A stretch of DNA of 64,000 nucleotides, from assembly GCA_040768745.1 (NCBI GenBank), contig JAXGMI010000001.1, forward strand, positions 128,001 through 192,000. The letters are read 5' to 3'. The translations under genes were made by a program, and so were the position numbers. This DNA comes from Desulfomicrobium sp. (GTDB taxonomy: Bacteria > Desulfobacterota > Desulfovibrionia > Desulfovibrionales > Desulfomicrobiaceae). Each line of letters begins with the position of its first letter. The first letter of the stretch is position 1. Under the pieces are notes generated by a model. That model had not been told where the DNA came from. It saw only the letters and a program-made list of their open reading frames with translations, and did no database searches. Below are positions 21,947 to 32,875 of the stretch, piece after piece.

Positions 21947-24900
21947 CTACCAGGTTTTGGTGCGTTGGACTTCCAAAGCCTGTCTCTGCTCTTCAAAGGA
22001 GGTAAACCCGGCCTGGTGTAAGGCATCAAGAACCGTGGTTTCCCAATCCCAGCTGGCATAGATGACAGGCTTGTGGAAGGTGCTGCGGAACGAGGCCAGT
22101 TCCTGTCGGTAGAACTCCTCCTTCACGCTGCCCAGGTTGGTCTGCAACTGTTCGTGCAGGCGGGCCAGTTCCCCTTCGTACCAATCCATGAGATCCGCTG
22201 CAGAGGTGTTTTTCCTCAGGATATGCTCGTAGCGGTTTTCAGCCAGCAACAGGTGCAGGTGTTCCAGATGCTGTTCCGAGAGCCACTTTCCGAGATCCGC
22301 AACAGGGATGTTCTCGGCCTCCACTTCAGCAATGTCAAACTTGGTCTGCTGGTATGTGTCGGGCACTACCGAGGCTGAAACAATTCCAGCGATGCAGACC
22401 AGGCCGCGGAGAATCTTGGAGTTGGACACGCCCTGCCCGCAGAATCCGACCTTTTTGCCGAATTTCTGGCCGGTGAAGATGGTAGTCAGGATGGCCCAGA
22501 CAACTGCTGGATCTTCCTCGTCGTAGATGTGCCTGAGCCGCGAATTGTCACGATCCGTGCCGAGAACCAGCTGGGTCATGTCATTGGAGCCGATGGAAAA
22601 TCCGTCGAACTCGCGGATGAATTCCTTGGCCAGAATGGCGTTGCTGGGGATTTCTGACATGAGGATGATCTTCAGGCCATTGTCTCCGGACTGGATGTTG
22701 TGCACCTTGCTCAAATAGCGCTTCATGGACCTGGCTTCCTCCAGGGTGCGCACAAAGGGAAGCATCAGATGCAGATTGCTCCCGCCGAAGGCGCCACGGG
22801 CCAGTTTGAAGGCTTCCAGTTCCCAGTCATGGACATTGCGGGACACGCCGCGGTAACCCAGCATGGGGTTGTCTTCAAGGCCTTCGAAAAGCAGACCGCC
22901 CAACAGGTTCCGGTATTCGTTGGTCTTGTAGTCAGTGCTGCGGTAGACGATGGTCTTGCTGTGAAAGGCCATGGCGAAGAGGGCCAGACCCTGGGCCAGG
23001 CTCTGTATGTAGAGTTCCTTGCCGCTGCGGTACCCGCGGGACCTGAGGATCTCTTGTATCTTCTGCGTCAGGGTGCGAACCGTATCCATTTCGCTTTGCA
23101 AGCCAACCTTCTTGGCCACATCTTCACGCAAGGCGGAGATTTTTTCCAGCGTGTCCACGATGACTGGATCTTTTTCGATCCGGTTCATGATCGCGGCAAT
23201 GGAATCCTGGATTTCCAGGCGACGGCGCTTGGACTGGGGGTCTCCTCCCAGGTTTTCCAGTTCATCGGCGTAGCCCATGATCACAGCCACGTGGTCCTGC
23301 AAGCTGTTGGAGGTTTTGAGGACTTCAAAACGCTGGGTGGCAAACTCGAGATGCTCATCCAGTTTCTTGTCCAACTCTCTCAGCTGACGATGGATGGCCA
23401 GGACTTCGTCAGTGCCCTTAGCCCCTTCGCGCTCCGTCAACTCTTCCATCTTGCGGGACAGGCCGGTCACAATGCCGACATAGCTGCGCAGCTTGATATC
23501 CAGGGCAATGGTACCCGCTGCCATTTGATCGAACACAATCTTGGTCAGATCGTTTTCCAGGGCGGTGAGCTTGGTTTTGACCACTCCATCCAACGTGCCG
23601 AGATCATAGGCTTCGAGCGCCAGGGGATGAACCCCGATATTGCCGAGCATGAACTCGGCCCGCAGCAGACCCACTTCGAAATCCGGGACATCACGCAGGC
23701 GAGAAAGGAAAAGCGACTGCCCCACGTCTGCCAGAATAAGGCCGACCTTGGTTTTGGTCGATGGCAACTTGCTGACGTCTATCTCTCCGCCCACTTCGAC
23801 CAGCGGCAGGAGACCACGGTATACCCTGCCCCGGGACCCGTCCACGGTTACATCATGGCCATCCAGGGCCCGCAGTTTTTCTGGCCGCTTTATACCGATG
23901 ACTGCAGGAATGCCCAGTTCACGGGAGGTGATGGCCGCATGGCTCGTATCGCCCCCCGCATCAGCCATGATCGCCGATGCGATGCGCATGCCCGGGACCA
24001 TGTCCGGGTCGGTGCGCTCGGCGGCGAGAACATTGCCCTTGTTGATCTTGTTCAGCTCGAGTGCCGACCGCAGGTATCGCACTGAACCCTGACCAGCCCC
24101 GCGGGACGCGCCATTGCCTTCCAGGAGGATTTCTGCCTCCTTGACTGCAGCTGGGTCCACTTCCTTGCGGCGCATGAAGATGGTGTAGGGGTGCTTTTCA
24201 AGCTCTTCGTTCCAGCGTGTTTCAGGCCGTGCCTGCACAAACCAGAGGCGGTCCCACTGGTCAATGCAGAATTCGGAATCCATGATCATTCCGCCATAGC
24301 CTTTGCTGATACAGCGCACGCCCTTGGCCACGGACTCAGCCTGGGCCAGGGACAGGGACCAGCGGTAGGCCATTTCATCGCCCACTGCCTCGACCTTGGT
24401 GCCACGGCCCGATTCCTTGTAGACGATGCGCTTGTCCTTGCACCCCATGTATCGGACTACCACTTCCTGACCGTTCCCGCGCTGGAAGACATAAAATTTA
24501 TCCGGAGTGACCAGCCCGCTGACTACGGCCTCTCCCAGTCCGTAACTGGCATCGATGGAAACGAGGTCCCTGCGCACCGTGCCGCGACACCCCGTTGAGG
24601 TGTCAGCGGAAAAAGCCGTTCCTGAAATGACCGGGTTGATCATGCGCATGATGCACACGGACAGGGAGGTATTCTCGATGGCCCATTCCTGTTTGGCCTT
24701 GATGGCGATCTGATCGTCCCCCGTCTGTTCGGCCTTGGCCACAGCATCAAGAATGGCTTCACGGCGATAGGTCATGGAGCGCAGATTGTAGGCCGAGGCA
24801 CAGTCCCAGTGATAGGCCTGGACAACGTAATTCTCTCCGACAATGTTCAGATAGGTGTCCTGCAATCCTGCGAATGCCTTTTTGCGGCTGTCCTCGCCGG

Positions 24901-25531
24901 CGGCGGAAGAACGAACGGCCACTGGTTCGTTTTCAAGACCCGCCTCCTTACAGATGTCCAAGTACGCGCCGCGCACAGCATCCGCCACTTCTTTGGGCAA
25001 ATCCACGGAGAGGATGGCCACCTGCACCAGAACCGAGCGTTTGCGCAACTGGTCAATGCCTTCAGGAGAAACCGCAAAGCCCTCAACCACGTTGTTGACG
25101 AAGGTGCGCAGACGTATCAGGGTTCCCTCCTGCTTCTTGGAAACCTCCTTCACGTCCTGGGCTATTTTGCGCACGAATTTCTGCAGAAATTCGGAATCCT
25201 TGTTAATTTCCGGGTCAGCCCAATCCGTGGAATCATAGGCTTTGTCCACCGTGGATCGAACGACCGCTGCGTTGACCTTGGTCTCATCGAGAAGTTTATG
25301 AAAGCCGATGGAGGAGATGGCCCGGAATTGCGGCGCCCTGATGCCCTCTATGGTAGAGATGATAGCGGTGTTGTAATTTTTTCCGCCAACCAGGAGCTCC
25401 GCATCCTCCCCGATGGTCACGATATCCTTGCCCGTCAGCACAAGCTGCTTCTCGATCTGCTCGACGAGGATTGCGGGTTCTCCGGATTTATCGGACTTTT
25501 TCTTGGAATTCTTTTTCTCGGTGTCGGGCAT
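21947..25531 (-). CDS. ppsA: Phosphoenolpyruvate synthase (pyruvate,water dikinase), long form
   Basis: VGGKN, AVRSSA..ED, FAGLQDTYLN, QARPET, TSHAAI.SRELG phospho-His, NPMLGYRG, GFSIGSNDMTQ, CGQG. Confidence 0.93.
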   Translation of the reverse strand: MPDTEKKNSKKKSDKSGEPAILVEQIEKQLVLTGKDIVTIGEDAELLVGGKNYNTAIISTIEGIRAPQFRAISSIGFHKLLDETKVNAAVVRSTVDKAYDSTDWADPEINKDSEFLQKFVRKIAQDVKEVSKKQEGTLIRLRTFVNNVVEGFAVSPEGIDQLRKRSVLVQVAILSVDLPKEVADAVRGAYLDICKEAGLENEPVAVRSSAAGEDSRKKAFAGLQDTYLNIVGENYVVQAYHWDCASAYNLRSMTYRREAILDAVAKAEQTGDDQIAIKAKQEWAIENTSLSVCIMRMINPVISGTAFSADTSTGCRGTVRRDLVSIDASYGLGEAVVSGLVTPDKFYVFQRGNGQEVVVRYMGCKDKRIVYKESGRGTKVEAVGDEMAYRWSLSLAQAESVAKGVRCISKGYGGMIMDSEFCIDQWDRLWFVQARPETRWNEELEKHPYTIFMRRKEVDPAAVKEAEILLEGNGASRGAGQGSVRYLRSALELNKINKGNVLAAERTDPDMVPGMRIASAIMADAGGDTSHAAITSRELGIPAVIGIKRPEKLRALDGHDVTVDGSRGRVYRGLLPLVEVGGEIDVSKLPSTKTKVGLILADVGQSLFLSRLRDVPDFEVGLLRAEFMLGNIGVHPLALEAYDLGTLDGVVKTKLTALENDLTKIVFDQMAAGTIALDIKLRSYVGIVTGLSRKMEELTEREGAKGTDEVLAIHRQLRELDKKLDEHLEFATQRFEVLKTSNSLQDHVAVIMGYADELENLGGDPQSKRRRLEIQDSIAAIMNRIEKDPVIVDTLEKISALREDVAKKVGLQSEMDTVRTLTQKIQEILRSRGYRSGKELYIQSLAQGLALFAMAFHSKTIVYRSTDYKTNEYRNLLGGLLFEGLEDNPMLGYRGVSRNVHDWELEAFKLARGAFGGSNLHLMLPFVRTLEEARSMKRYLSKVHNIQSGDNGLKIILMSEIPSNAILAKEFIREFDGFSIGSNDMTQLVLGTDRDNSRLRHIYDEEDPAVVWAILTTIFTGQKFGKKVGFCGQGVSNSKILRGLVCIAGIVSASVVPDTYQQTKFDIAEVEAENIPVADLGKWLSEQHLEHLHLLLAENRYEHILRKNTSAADLMDWYEGELARLHEQLQTNLGSVKEEFYRQELASFRSTFHKPVIYASWDWETTVLDALHQAGFTSFEEQRQALEVQRTKTW

Positions 25532-25714
25532 TTTCTCCTCCTTTATTCATGCGCGAATCGAAACTCTCCGCTGTGGCCTGAAAAAACTTGGCGCCACTTA
25601 AACCTTATCGACAATTCAGTCAAAAACAATTCCTATTAACTTTTGCATATCATGGAAAAAAATTATGCAAAAGTGCTTGACAGCAAAAAACAGTACCCAT
25701 CGACTGCTTTATGA

Positions 25715-28700
25715 TCATGACATGACCTTCTGCCCACAGGAAGGGCAGAACTTGAAGTCATCCCTTGTTACAGGAGCAGTGCAAGTCGGGCACTTACGGG
25801 GAGCCGGCACGAGCACCACGAGAAGCTCCCCCTCTTTGACCGGGACCATCTTCTTGTCTTCCTGGTAGTCGGCAAACTTGAGCACGCGCTCGACCATGCC
25901 GTCCACAGGCGCCAATACCGACTTCTCCTGCTTCATGATGGAGATGTTGAACAGCTCCTCTCCCTTCCTGACCATGTCGCCCGGCTTGACAAGCATGACC
26001 CACAAATCGCCGCTGGAAGGCGATCCCACTTGGTATGGGTTATGCTGATCGGCCATCTCCACCCCTGACTCTTCCTTGCCGATGGCCTCAGCAACCTTGA
26101 TCTGTACGGCAAAGGATTCCGAATCCAGGGAGTAGGACACCAGGCTCATGCCGTGATCATCTGGCCGGGAAACGTGCTTCATGCAAAGAACGTGGTGCTT
26201 TCCCCCTGAATCCTTGAACATGACCTCATCACCGGCCTTGAGCCCCTCGAACCAGACATGCAGGGGCAGGCGGTTACAATCCCCATACTTGCCCACGAAC
26301 TTGATGGTGTTCAGGGCATCCCCGGGCTGACTGAGGAACATGAGCAGCTCCTCTTCCGTGGGAATGCGCCCGATGTGCTCGGCCAGACTCTGCTGCTCCC
26401 TGGCCACGTTGACATCCTCCAGGGTGACCAGAGGAGAACATTCAGTCCGGCGGGCAAGAGCTTCCCTGTATTCCGGCCCGAAGGCAGATTCATAGACCCA
26501 ATCCGGGGGAAAGCCCAGGGGCAGGCGGCCAAACTTGCCCAGCAGCAGGTCGCGAAACGCGTCATTGGCGTCCTGGTAAATCTTCAGCCGTTCTGCTTTG
26601 ATCTCATCGGAAAGGGCTTCTTCGGGCAGGCTGACGACCTGTTCCAGAACGGACAACAGCCGGCGCAGGCCCCGCCGACCACCCCGTTTGTAGGCCCCGG
26701 TCACGGCCAGGAAGGCCGTGTTCCAGGTGATCTGTGACCCCGGCGTCACGTCGTGGTAGCGCACGATCTTGCGGATGCCGGCCAGGAACTTGAGCATGAA
26801 GGGCAGCAGATGGATATACCCCTGCTTCATGGCCCCTTCCTGGGAGGAAGAGGTCGCCCCGCCCGGCATGCCGTGTTCGATGACGTCATAGTCGATGCCC
26901 TGAAAATAGGGGGCCGTGTAGCGATCATAGTAGGGCATGATCTGCTTCAGGACGAAACCCGTGGTGCGGATCATCTCCTTGTTCAGGTTGGTCTTCAGGC
27001 CCAGTTCCTCGATGTAGGCCGCCGTGGAGAGGACTTCGCCCTGCCCGTACCAGCGTACCGACGCGCCAATGGCCGTGTCCACGATGTGCGCGCCGGCCTT
27101 GGCCGCCGCGGCCACAGCAGGAACGAACAGGCCGTCGGTGTAGTGGCGATGGTAGTGGACGAGCAGGTCCGGATAGATCCTGCGGATGGCCGAAACCAGC
27201 TCGGTCATGAACACCGGGGGACACACCCCAGCCATGTCCTTGAGACCGAGAATGATGAGGTGCTCGGCCTTCTTCCTGGAACAGCCCGCCACCTGGGCGG
27301 TCATGTCAATGATCTCCTCCACCACTCCCAGATAATGGGATACGTCGAACCCCTTGGCCCACGACAGCGAGATGGCCGGCTCCCAGATGTTTCCCCTGGA
27401 GTTCAATGCAACTTCGGCAAAGGGCCGCATATTCTCGATGTGGTTCAGAAAATCAAAGCAGCGCACCACATCGTAGTGCTCGCAGATCATTTCCCCCATC
27501 CGGCGCATGATGTTCCGCGGCTGAGGCTTGTAGCCCAGCACGTTGGTGGATCTGATTAGAATCTGTTTCAGCGTCTTGGGCGCGAACTCATTCCATTCCT
27601 TGGCCTCGGAAAAGGGGTAGGTCATGTTGGCCAGCATGGCCACGTGGTAGTGCGCCCCTCCACCGTTCTCCAACGAAAAGAAGCCGCAATTATCCAGGTA
27701 CGGGCCGATGATCCGGTCCTCTGCCAGGCGGAAGCGGTTGCCCGAATTGGATTGCGTGATGTCCCGGGTGGTCGTATCCGAAAAATGAACATGGTCGGAA
27801 TCCCGGATGTAGGACAAGATTGCGTCCCGATCTCCCCGAGGGTAGGGATAATGGTAATACTCGGGTTCGATCCCGGGCAGAGAGGGCCTGAACGGCTCCA
27901 TGCGCTTGCCTTCCCTGGTCCGGTACTCCCCGAGCTTGACGTAGGGGTTGTAGCCATGTGCGGAAATCTTGGCCACCAGCCGGGAAAGACGTACCGCCTC
28001 GGATTCCTTGTCCAGATAATCCATCAGCTCAGGGGTGTTGGCCACGAAACCGGTATCGTACTCCCCGCAACGGAACCGTGGATGGGCAATGATCTGGCGG
28101 TGGAAAGGAATGGTGGTCTTGATCCCACCGATGACGTATTCGCCCAAAGCCCTGTCCATGATGCCCAGCACCTTGTCCCATTGTGGACCGTAAGCGATCA
28201 GCAGGGACGCTGCCGAATCATACTGGGAGGGAAATTCGTACCCGCTGCACACGCATGAATCCACGCGCACGCCGGGACCGCCGGGAGAAAGGTAGCGGGT
28301 GATACGACCGGCATTGGGGGCAAAGCCATGCTGGGGGTCCTCGCAGTTGACCCGGACCTGCATGGCATGGCTCTGGGGCTTGCAGTTCTCCTCCGACAGC
28401 CGGAGCTCGGCCCCGAACGCCACAGCGATCTGTTCCTCCACCAGGTCAATGCCGTAGCGGCATTCGGTGATGCCGTGCTCCACCTGCAGACGGGTGTTGA
28501 CCTCAATCAGATAGGCCCTGCCAGAGGCATCAACCAGAAACTCCACCGTGCAGAGGGAGTGGTAGCCCACGGCCCGAACCAGCTGGCGGGAGTATTCCTT
28601 CAGTTGCTGACGCAGGGAATCGGTCATGCCCGACCAAGGCGATGGCGTGATCTCCACCAGCTTTTGATGATTGCGCTGCACCGTGCAATCGCGCTCGTCA

Positions 28701-29410
28701 AAGGCGAAGACATTGCCGTACTTGTCGGCAATGACCTGGATCTCGATATGGCGGATAGAGGTCAGCAGGCGTTCCACATACAGGCGCGGATTGCCGAAGG
28801 ACGCCTGGGCCAGGGTTGAGGCCTTGACGAAGGCGTCGTCCAGTTGATCCTGGCTGAAAACCTCATAGATCCCGCGTCCGCCCCCGCCCCCTTCGGCCTT
28901 GAGCATAGCCGGCAAACCTATTTCGGCCGCCACCTGCTTGGCCTCCTCCACGGTCACGGCCCCTTCGGAACCAGGTACCACAGGAATGCCCAGCTTGTGG
29001 GCCAGTTTCCGCACCTGGACTTTGTTGCCCAGCAGACGCATGGCCTCTGACGTGGGGCCGATAAAAATAATGCCCGCTTCAGCGCATTTTGTTGGGAAGG
29101 ACTCATCCTCCGAGGCAAATCCCCACCCTGGATGGATGGCCGCCACCCCCCTGGCCTTGGCCATGGAGATGATCTTGTCGATGTCCAGGTAGGCCCGAGG
29201 GTTTTCCCCGAGATGCAGAAGTTCCTGTGCCCCGGCGGTGAAGGGCGCGGTCTTGTCCACGTCCGTGGCCGTGATCATGGGCACGGCCTGGAACACCTCC
29301 TTGATGGAACGGACTATCCGTCTGGCCGGTATGCCCCGGTTGGCCACAAGAATCCTCTTGCCCCGGACCTCCCGGGACACTTCTTCAAAACTTCGGGGAA
29401 TCAAAGACAT
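25715..29410 (-). CDS. pyc: Pyruvate carboxylase with C-terminal zinc ribbon
   Basis: Biotin carboxylase (ANRG, GGGGRG, RDCTVQR, EVNTRLQVEH), carboxyltransferase (KDMAG, MPGG, VTPGSQ), biotinyl IMKQE, terminal CPTC..CPSC. Confidence 0.93.
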   Translation of the reverse strand: MSLIPRSFEEVSREVRGKRILVANRGIPARRIVRSIKEVFQAVPMITATDVDKTAPFTAGAQELLHLGENPRAYLDIDKIISMAKARGVAAIHPGWGFASEDESFPTKCAEAGIIFIGPTSEAMRLLGNKVQVRKLAHKLGIPVVPGSEGAVTVEEAKQVAAEIGLPAMLKAEGGGGGRGIYEVFSQDQLDDAFVKASTLAQASFGNPRLYVERLLTSIRHIEIQVIADKYGNVFAFDERDCTVQRNHQKLVEITPSPWSGMTDSLRQQLKEYSRQLVRAVGYHSLCTVEFLVDASGRAYLIEVNTRLQVEHGITECRYGIDLVEEQIAVAFGAELRLSEENCKPQSHAMQVRVNCEDPQHGFAPNAGRITRYLSPGGPGVRVDSCVCSGYEFPSQYDSAASLLIAYGPQWDKVLGIMDRALGEYVIGGIKTTIPFHRQIIAHPRFRCGEYDTGFVANTPELMDYLDKESEAVRLSRLVAKISAHGYNPYVKLGEYRTREGKRMEPFRPSLPGIEPEYYHYPYPRGDRDAILSYIRDSDHVHFSDTTTRDITQSNSGNRFRLAEDRIIGPYLDNCGFFSLENGGGAHYHVAMLANMTYPFSEAKEWNEFAPKTLKQILIRSTNVLGYKPQPRNIMRRMGEMICEHYDVVRCFDFLNHIENMRPFAEVALNSRGNIWEPAISLSWAKGFDVSHYLGVVEEIIDMTAQVAGCSRKKAEHLIILGLKDMAGVCPPVFMTELVSAIRRIYPDLLVHYHRHYTDGLFVPAVAAAAKAGAHIVDTAIGASVRWYGQGEVLSTAAYIEELGLKTNLNKEMIRTTGFVLKQIMPYYDRYTAPYFQGIDYDVIEHGMPGGATSSSQEGAMKQGYIHLLPFMLKFLAGIRKIVRYHDVTPGSQITWNTAFLAVTGAYKRGGRRGLRRLLSVLEQVVSLPEEALSDEIKAERLKIYQDANDAFRDLLLGKFGRLPLGFPPDWVYESAFGPEYREALARRTECSPLVTLEDVNVAREQQSLAEHIGRIPTEEELLMFLSQPGDALNTIKFVGKYGDCNRLPLHVWFEGLKAGDEVMFKDSGGKHHVLCMKHVSRPDDHGMSLVSYSLDSESFAVQIKVAEAIGKEESGVEMADQHNPYQVGSPSSGDLWVMLVKPGDMVRKGEELFNISIMKQEKSVLAPVDGMVERVLKFADYQEDKKMVPVKEGELLVVLVPAPRKCPTCTAPVTRDDFKFCPSCGQKVMS

Positions 29411-29430
29411 ATTATATCTCTCCATGCGCG

Positions 29431-30279
29431 TTATGTGTCCCCTTCTGATGCGTCCTCAGGAAAGAGGGAGCCGGAATGCAACGTCCGTGTCCCATCCTGC
29501 GTGTGCAAGACAATACCGCCGTCAGGGCTCAAACCTCTGAACAGGCCGCGAACCGATGATCGATTGTCAACAATCTGAACCATGGTCCCAAGGTAGGCTA
29601 AAACCGTCTCAATTGAATGGGAAAACTCCAGAAGGGTCGAATCAGAAAGAGTTGATATATAGCAAAGACGGCCAACATTCACAAGCCGTATCCACAGCTC
29701 AAAAATGGACCGTCGAGTTGCAGGAGGTCCCAGCGTCCCGGCACTGGCCACATGGTCAGTTCGCATCATCGCCTCCGGGGGAGAGGAGGACAGATTCAGA
29801 CCGATACCTGCTAAAAGCACTTCCCCCCTTTCCTCGACCAGAATACCACCCACCTTGCGGCCATGCAGCAGAAGATCGTTGGGCCACTTGAGTTGGAGGG
29901 GTAAACGCAATCCCCGCAGTCCCTGACACAGAATCCAGCCCATCAAAACAGAGATCATGTTCCGCCACGGTTCTGGCGGAAAAGGAAGACGCCAGGCCGC
30001 GAAAAGATTCCCCGGATCGGAAATCCAGGCCCTGCGCATTTGTCCCCTCCCCGCCCACTGCCGCGAGACCAGGACCGAATCCCAGGCATCAAGGCCACCG
30101 ACACTGGCCAGATGATGGGCCACATCCAGCGCAGAGGAACACGGTCCACAGAGGTATACACGTTCGCGCAGATCCTCCCCGGTGACCATTCCGGCTCCCA
30201 ACAGCACACGGGCATCAGGATGGGCTGGAGAAAGTCCTTCGGTGATGCCGTCAATGGGCAAAGTCCAATGAATGGGCAT
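29431..30279 (-). CDS. birA: Biotin--protein ligase (no HTH domain)
   Basis: QWAGRGQ.RR.W, KWPNDL, KVGGIL, GIGLN; adjacent to pyc. Confidence 0.92.
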   Translation of the reverse strand: MPIHWTLPIDGITEGLSPAHPDARVLLGAGMVTGEDLRERVYLCGPCSSALDVAHHLASVGGLDAWDSVLVSRQWAGRGQMRRAWISDPGNLFAAWRLPFPPEPWRNMISVLMGWILCQGLRGLRLPLQLKWPNDLLLHGRKVGGILVEERGEVLLAGIGLNLSSSPPEAMMRTDHVASAGTLGPPATRRSIFELWIRLVNVGRLCYISTLSDSTLLEFSHSIETVLAYLGTMVQIVDNRSSVRGLFRGLSPDGGIVLHTQDGTRTLHSGSLFPEDASEGDT

Positions 30280-30301
30280 GGTGCTCCACCAAGGGCCCTG
30301 C

Positions 30302-31564
30302 TCAGGCCTTGGCCTGCTTTTTCTGCATGAGCAGTCGTTTCAAGTCCGTCTTATCTCCGGCGCGATGGGCCTGGACAGTCCGTTTTGTGGGAGGGAGGCG
30401 GGAAATCGAGACAGCGGAGTCCAGAGGCGCATTGACCTGGCCATGGGCCTTCTCCCCGGTGTCGTGCCCGGAACTCGCCATGTCGCCTGCAAACGGCACT
30501 TCGACGAGGGCCCTGCGTCCTGCCTCTCTTTGCGGCGACTCAGGCCAAGGTATGGCAGCCGCGGGGGTGTCTGCAGCGGAGGACACTGGCCGGGGAGATG
30601 GGAATGCAGGGGGCGCCGAAATAATCCTGGGGCACCCTTGCGGACCGGCACTGGCCGAGCGAGAAGAGGGGAAAACGGGAACTGGCCGGGGAACAACGGG
30701 CGATGCGCCCCGGCGGTCGTCCATAACACGCACAGGCTGGTAGAAAATGGACCGAAGGTAGCGTTTGGGCTCGAACATGGATGTCACGCCGTTCAAGGAT
30801 TCAGTAGATCCGATGATCAGGGACCCATCGGTTTCCATGACCCCGGCTATTTTCTCGAAAACCGCTTTCTTGTCCGTAGCAGTGAAATAAATTGCCACGT
30901 TCCGGCAAAATACAACATCAAACCTGCCCATCCCTGCAAATGGCTTCATCAGGTTGAACTTCCTGAACACGGCCATGGAACGAATCTCGTCCTTGACCTT
31001 CCACCCGTCCCCGTGCGCAGAGAAGTATTTTTGCAGGACTTGGGGAGGCATGCCCCGCTCAGCCTCGAATTTATTGTACTTTCCGTAGCTGGCCTTTGTC
31101 ACTGCATCGTCTGAAATGTCCGTACCCAATATGGAAATCTGATAATTGCTGAGGTTGCCCAGCGTTTCACGCAGAATGATGGCGATACTGTACACTTCCT
31201 GGCCTGTTGAACATGCAGCGCTCCAGATGCGGATAGGCACTGGCATATTGGCATACATCCGGGCCCTGGAGTCTACGAGGTCAGGCAGTATCTTGTGCTT
31301 GAAGAGTTCAAAGGGAGAGGAATCGCGGAAGAAAAAAGTTTCATTGGTGGTGATGGCATTGATCATCTCCTTTTCCATGTTCCCACTGCGATCCGCCTTG
31401 GCCTTGGCATAAAGCTCCATGTACGAGGTACAGGAGTATTGCTGCATCATGGGCTTGAGGCGCGTTTCAAGCAGATAGGCCTTGCTGGCGTCGAGGGCCA
31501 CTCCGGAGATGGAGTAGACATACCGAGTCAAGAGCTTGATTTCATCCTGGGATATGGCGGTCAT
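30302..31564 (-). CDS. cheR: Chemotaxis methyltransferase CheR with long Pro/Ala/Ser-rich C-terminal tail
   Basis: TTNETFFFRD, IWSAACSTGQEVYS, GTDIS, FCRNV.IYF. Confidence 0.93.
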   Translation of the reverse strand: MTAISQDEIKLLTRYVYSISGVALDASKAYLLETRLKPMMQQYSCTSYMELYAKAKADRSGNMEKEMINAITTNETFFFRDSSPFELFKHKILPDLVDSRARMYANMPVPIRIWSAACSTGQEVYSIAIILRETLGNLSNYQISILGTDISDDAVTKASYGKYNKFEAERGMPPQVLQKYFSAHGDGWKVKDEIRSMAVFRKFNLMKPFAGMGRFDVVFCRNVAIYFTATDKKAVFEKIAGVMETDGSLIIGSTESLNGVTSMFEPKRYLRSIFYQPVRVMDDRRGASPVVPRPVPVFPSSRSASAGPQGCPRIISAPPAFPSPRPVSSAADTPAAAIPWPESPQREAGRRALVEVPFAGDMASSGHDTGEKAHGQVNAPLDSAVSISRLPPTKRTVQAHRAGDKTDLKRLLMQKKQAKA

Positions 31565-31595
31565 GGTGTGGCCATTTCCTTGCAGTTCTGTGGGA

Positions 31596-32666
31596 TCATC
31601 GCACAGTGCGGACGATTTCAGATGCGATCATGTGCAGGGGAACAACCGTGTCCACTACTCCGGCTTCGATGGCTGCCTTGGGCATCCCATACACCACGCA
31701 GGATTCCTCGTCCTGACCGATGGTCACGGCTCCAAGGTTCTTCATGACCTGCAAACCAAGGGTTCCATCCCCGCCCATGCCCGTCATGATCACGCCGGTG
31801 CTGAGGGGCCCGTACTCCCGGGCCACCGACCGAAACAGATAATCCACCGCGGGCTTGCAGTTGTTTTCGGGTGGATCGTCAGTGATCTGGATGATCTTCC
31901 GTCCACCGACTCCCGAACCAACACGCATCTGTTTCCCGCCGGGAGCGATATAAATCGTGTCGGGGGTCACCGCCTCTCCCTGACTGGCCTCGCGAACATC
32001 ATACTGGCATTTGGTGGACAGGCTCTCGGCCAGGGATCTGGTGAAAAGAGGAGGCATGTGCTGCACCACGAAAATCGGCACTCCCAGCCTGGGCAGCTGC
32101 GGCAGCACCCTGGCCAGGGCGTTGGGTCCCCCAGTGGAAACCCCAATGGCCACGACCTTGGACTTGCCGGTCCGCTTCGCGGAAGAACCAGTCGTTGGAA
32201 CGCGCTGGGCCTGCGCACCCCCTCCAACGCGATACCGCTCCCGCAGCATGGCCCGCATTTCCAGCCGCTTGGCAAAGGCGTTGACGCGCGCCAACAGCGC
32301 GTATTTGAGCGTCTGTATGTTTTCCTGCCTGGCCTCTGCATCAGGCTTGGCAATGAAATCAAAGGCTCCCAGTTCAAGCGCTTTCATGGTGATTTCACTG
32401 CCGCGCTTGGTCAAGGTGGACAGCATGATCACCCCGACATCCGAAAAATTCGTTACGATTTCCTGCAGTGTTTCAAGTCCACCCATGACGGGCATTTCGA
32501 CGTCCAGGGTGATGAGATGGGGTTTGAGGCTTGCAATGCGGGACAGGGCGATCTTGCCGTTACTGGCAGTGCCCACCACCTCAACTCCGGGTATTTCGGC
32601 CAGCAGATCGCTCACTACCTTGCGGTACATGATCATATCGTCAACTACCAGGACGCGCAGATGCAT
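31596..32666 (-). CDS. cheB: Chemotaxis response regulator methylesterase CheB
   Basis: REC domain plus GVSTGGP, VQHMP, IAPGG, MTGMG.DG, QDE.SCVVYGMP. Confidence 0.96.
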   Translation of the reverse strand: MHLRVLVVDDMIMYRKVVSDLLAEIPGVEVVGTASNGKIALSRIASLKPHLITLDVEMPVMGGLETLQEIVTNFSDVGVIMLSTLTKRGSEITMKALELGAFDFIAKPDAEARQENIQTLKYALLARVNAFAKRLEMRAMLRERYRVGGGAQAQRVPTTGSSAKRTGKSKVVAIGVSTGGPNALARVLPQLPRLGVPIFVVQHMPPLFTRSLAESLSTKCQYDVREASQGEAVTPDTIYIAPGGKQMRVGSGVGGRKIIQITDDPPENNCKPAVDYLFRSVAREYGPLSTGVIMTGMGGDGTLGLQVMKNLGAVTIGQDEESCVVYGMPKAAIEAGVVDTVVPLHMIASEIVRTVR

Positions 32667-32875
32667 CGAATCTCCCGATCTTTTTTGCCCGGACAATACC
32701 AGAGTAGATACCTAAACTTCTTTTGGAGCCGCTAGTCCTGGTCCATGGGCCTGCTGAACAGTTTTCAGCCCGGCCTTCCTTCCCTGCAGGGTCCCCTCTC
32801 GTGGCCAGAGTAGAAAGGACGATGTGCTGGTTCCGGAAAAGGCCGGATTTCCATGCGCTGGCTTGGGCCCCAGAT

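Noticed and set aside
32745..32870. Inverted repeats between cheW and cheB
   Set aside because: Short GC-rich pairings with no U-tract or recognisable family
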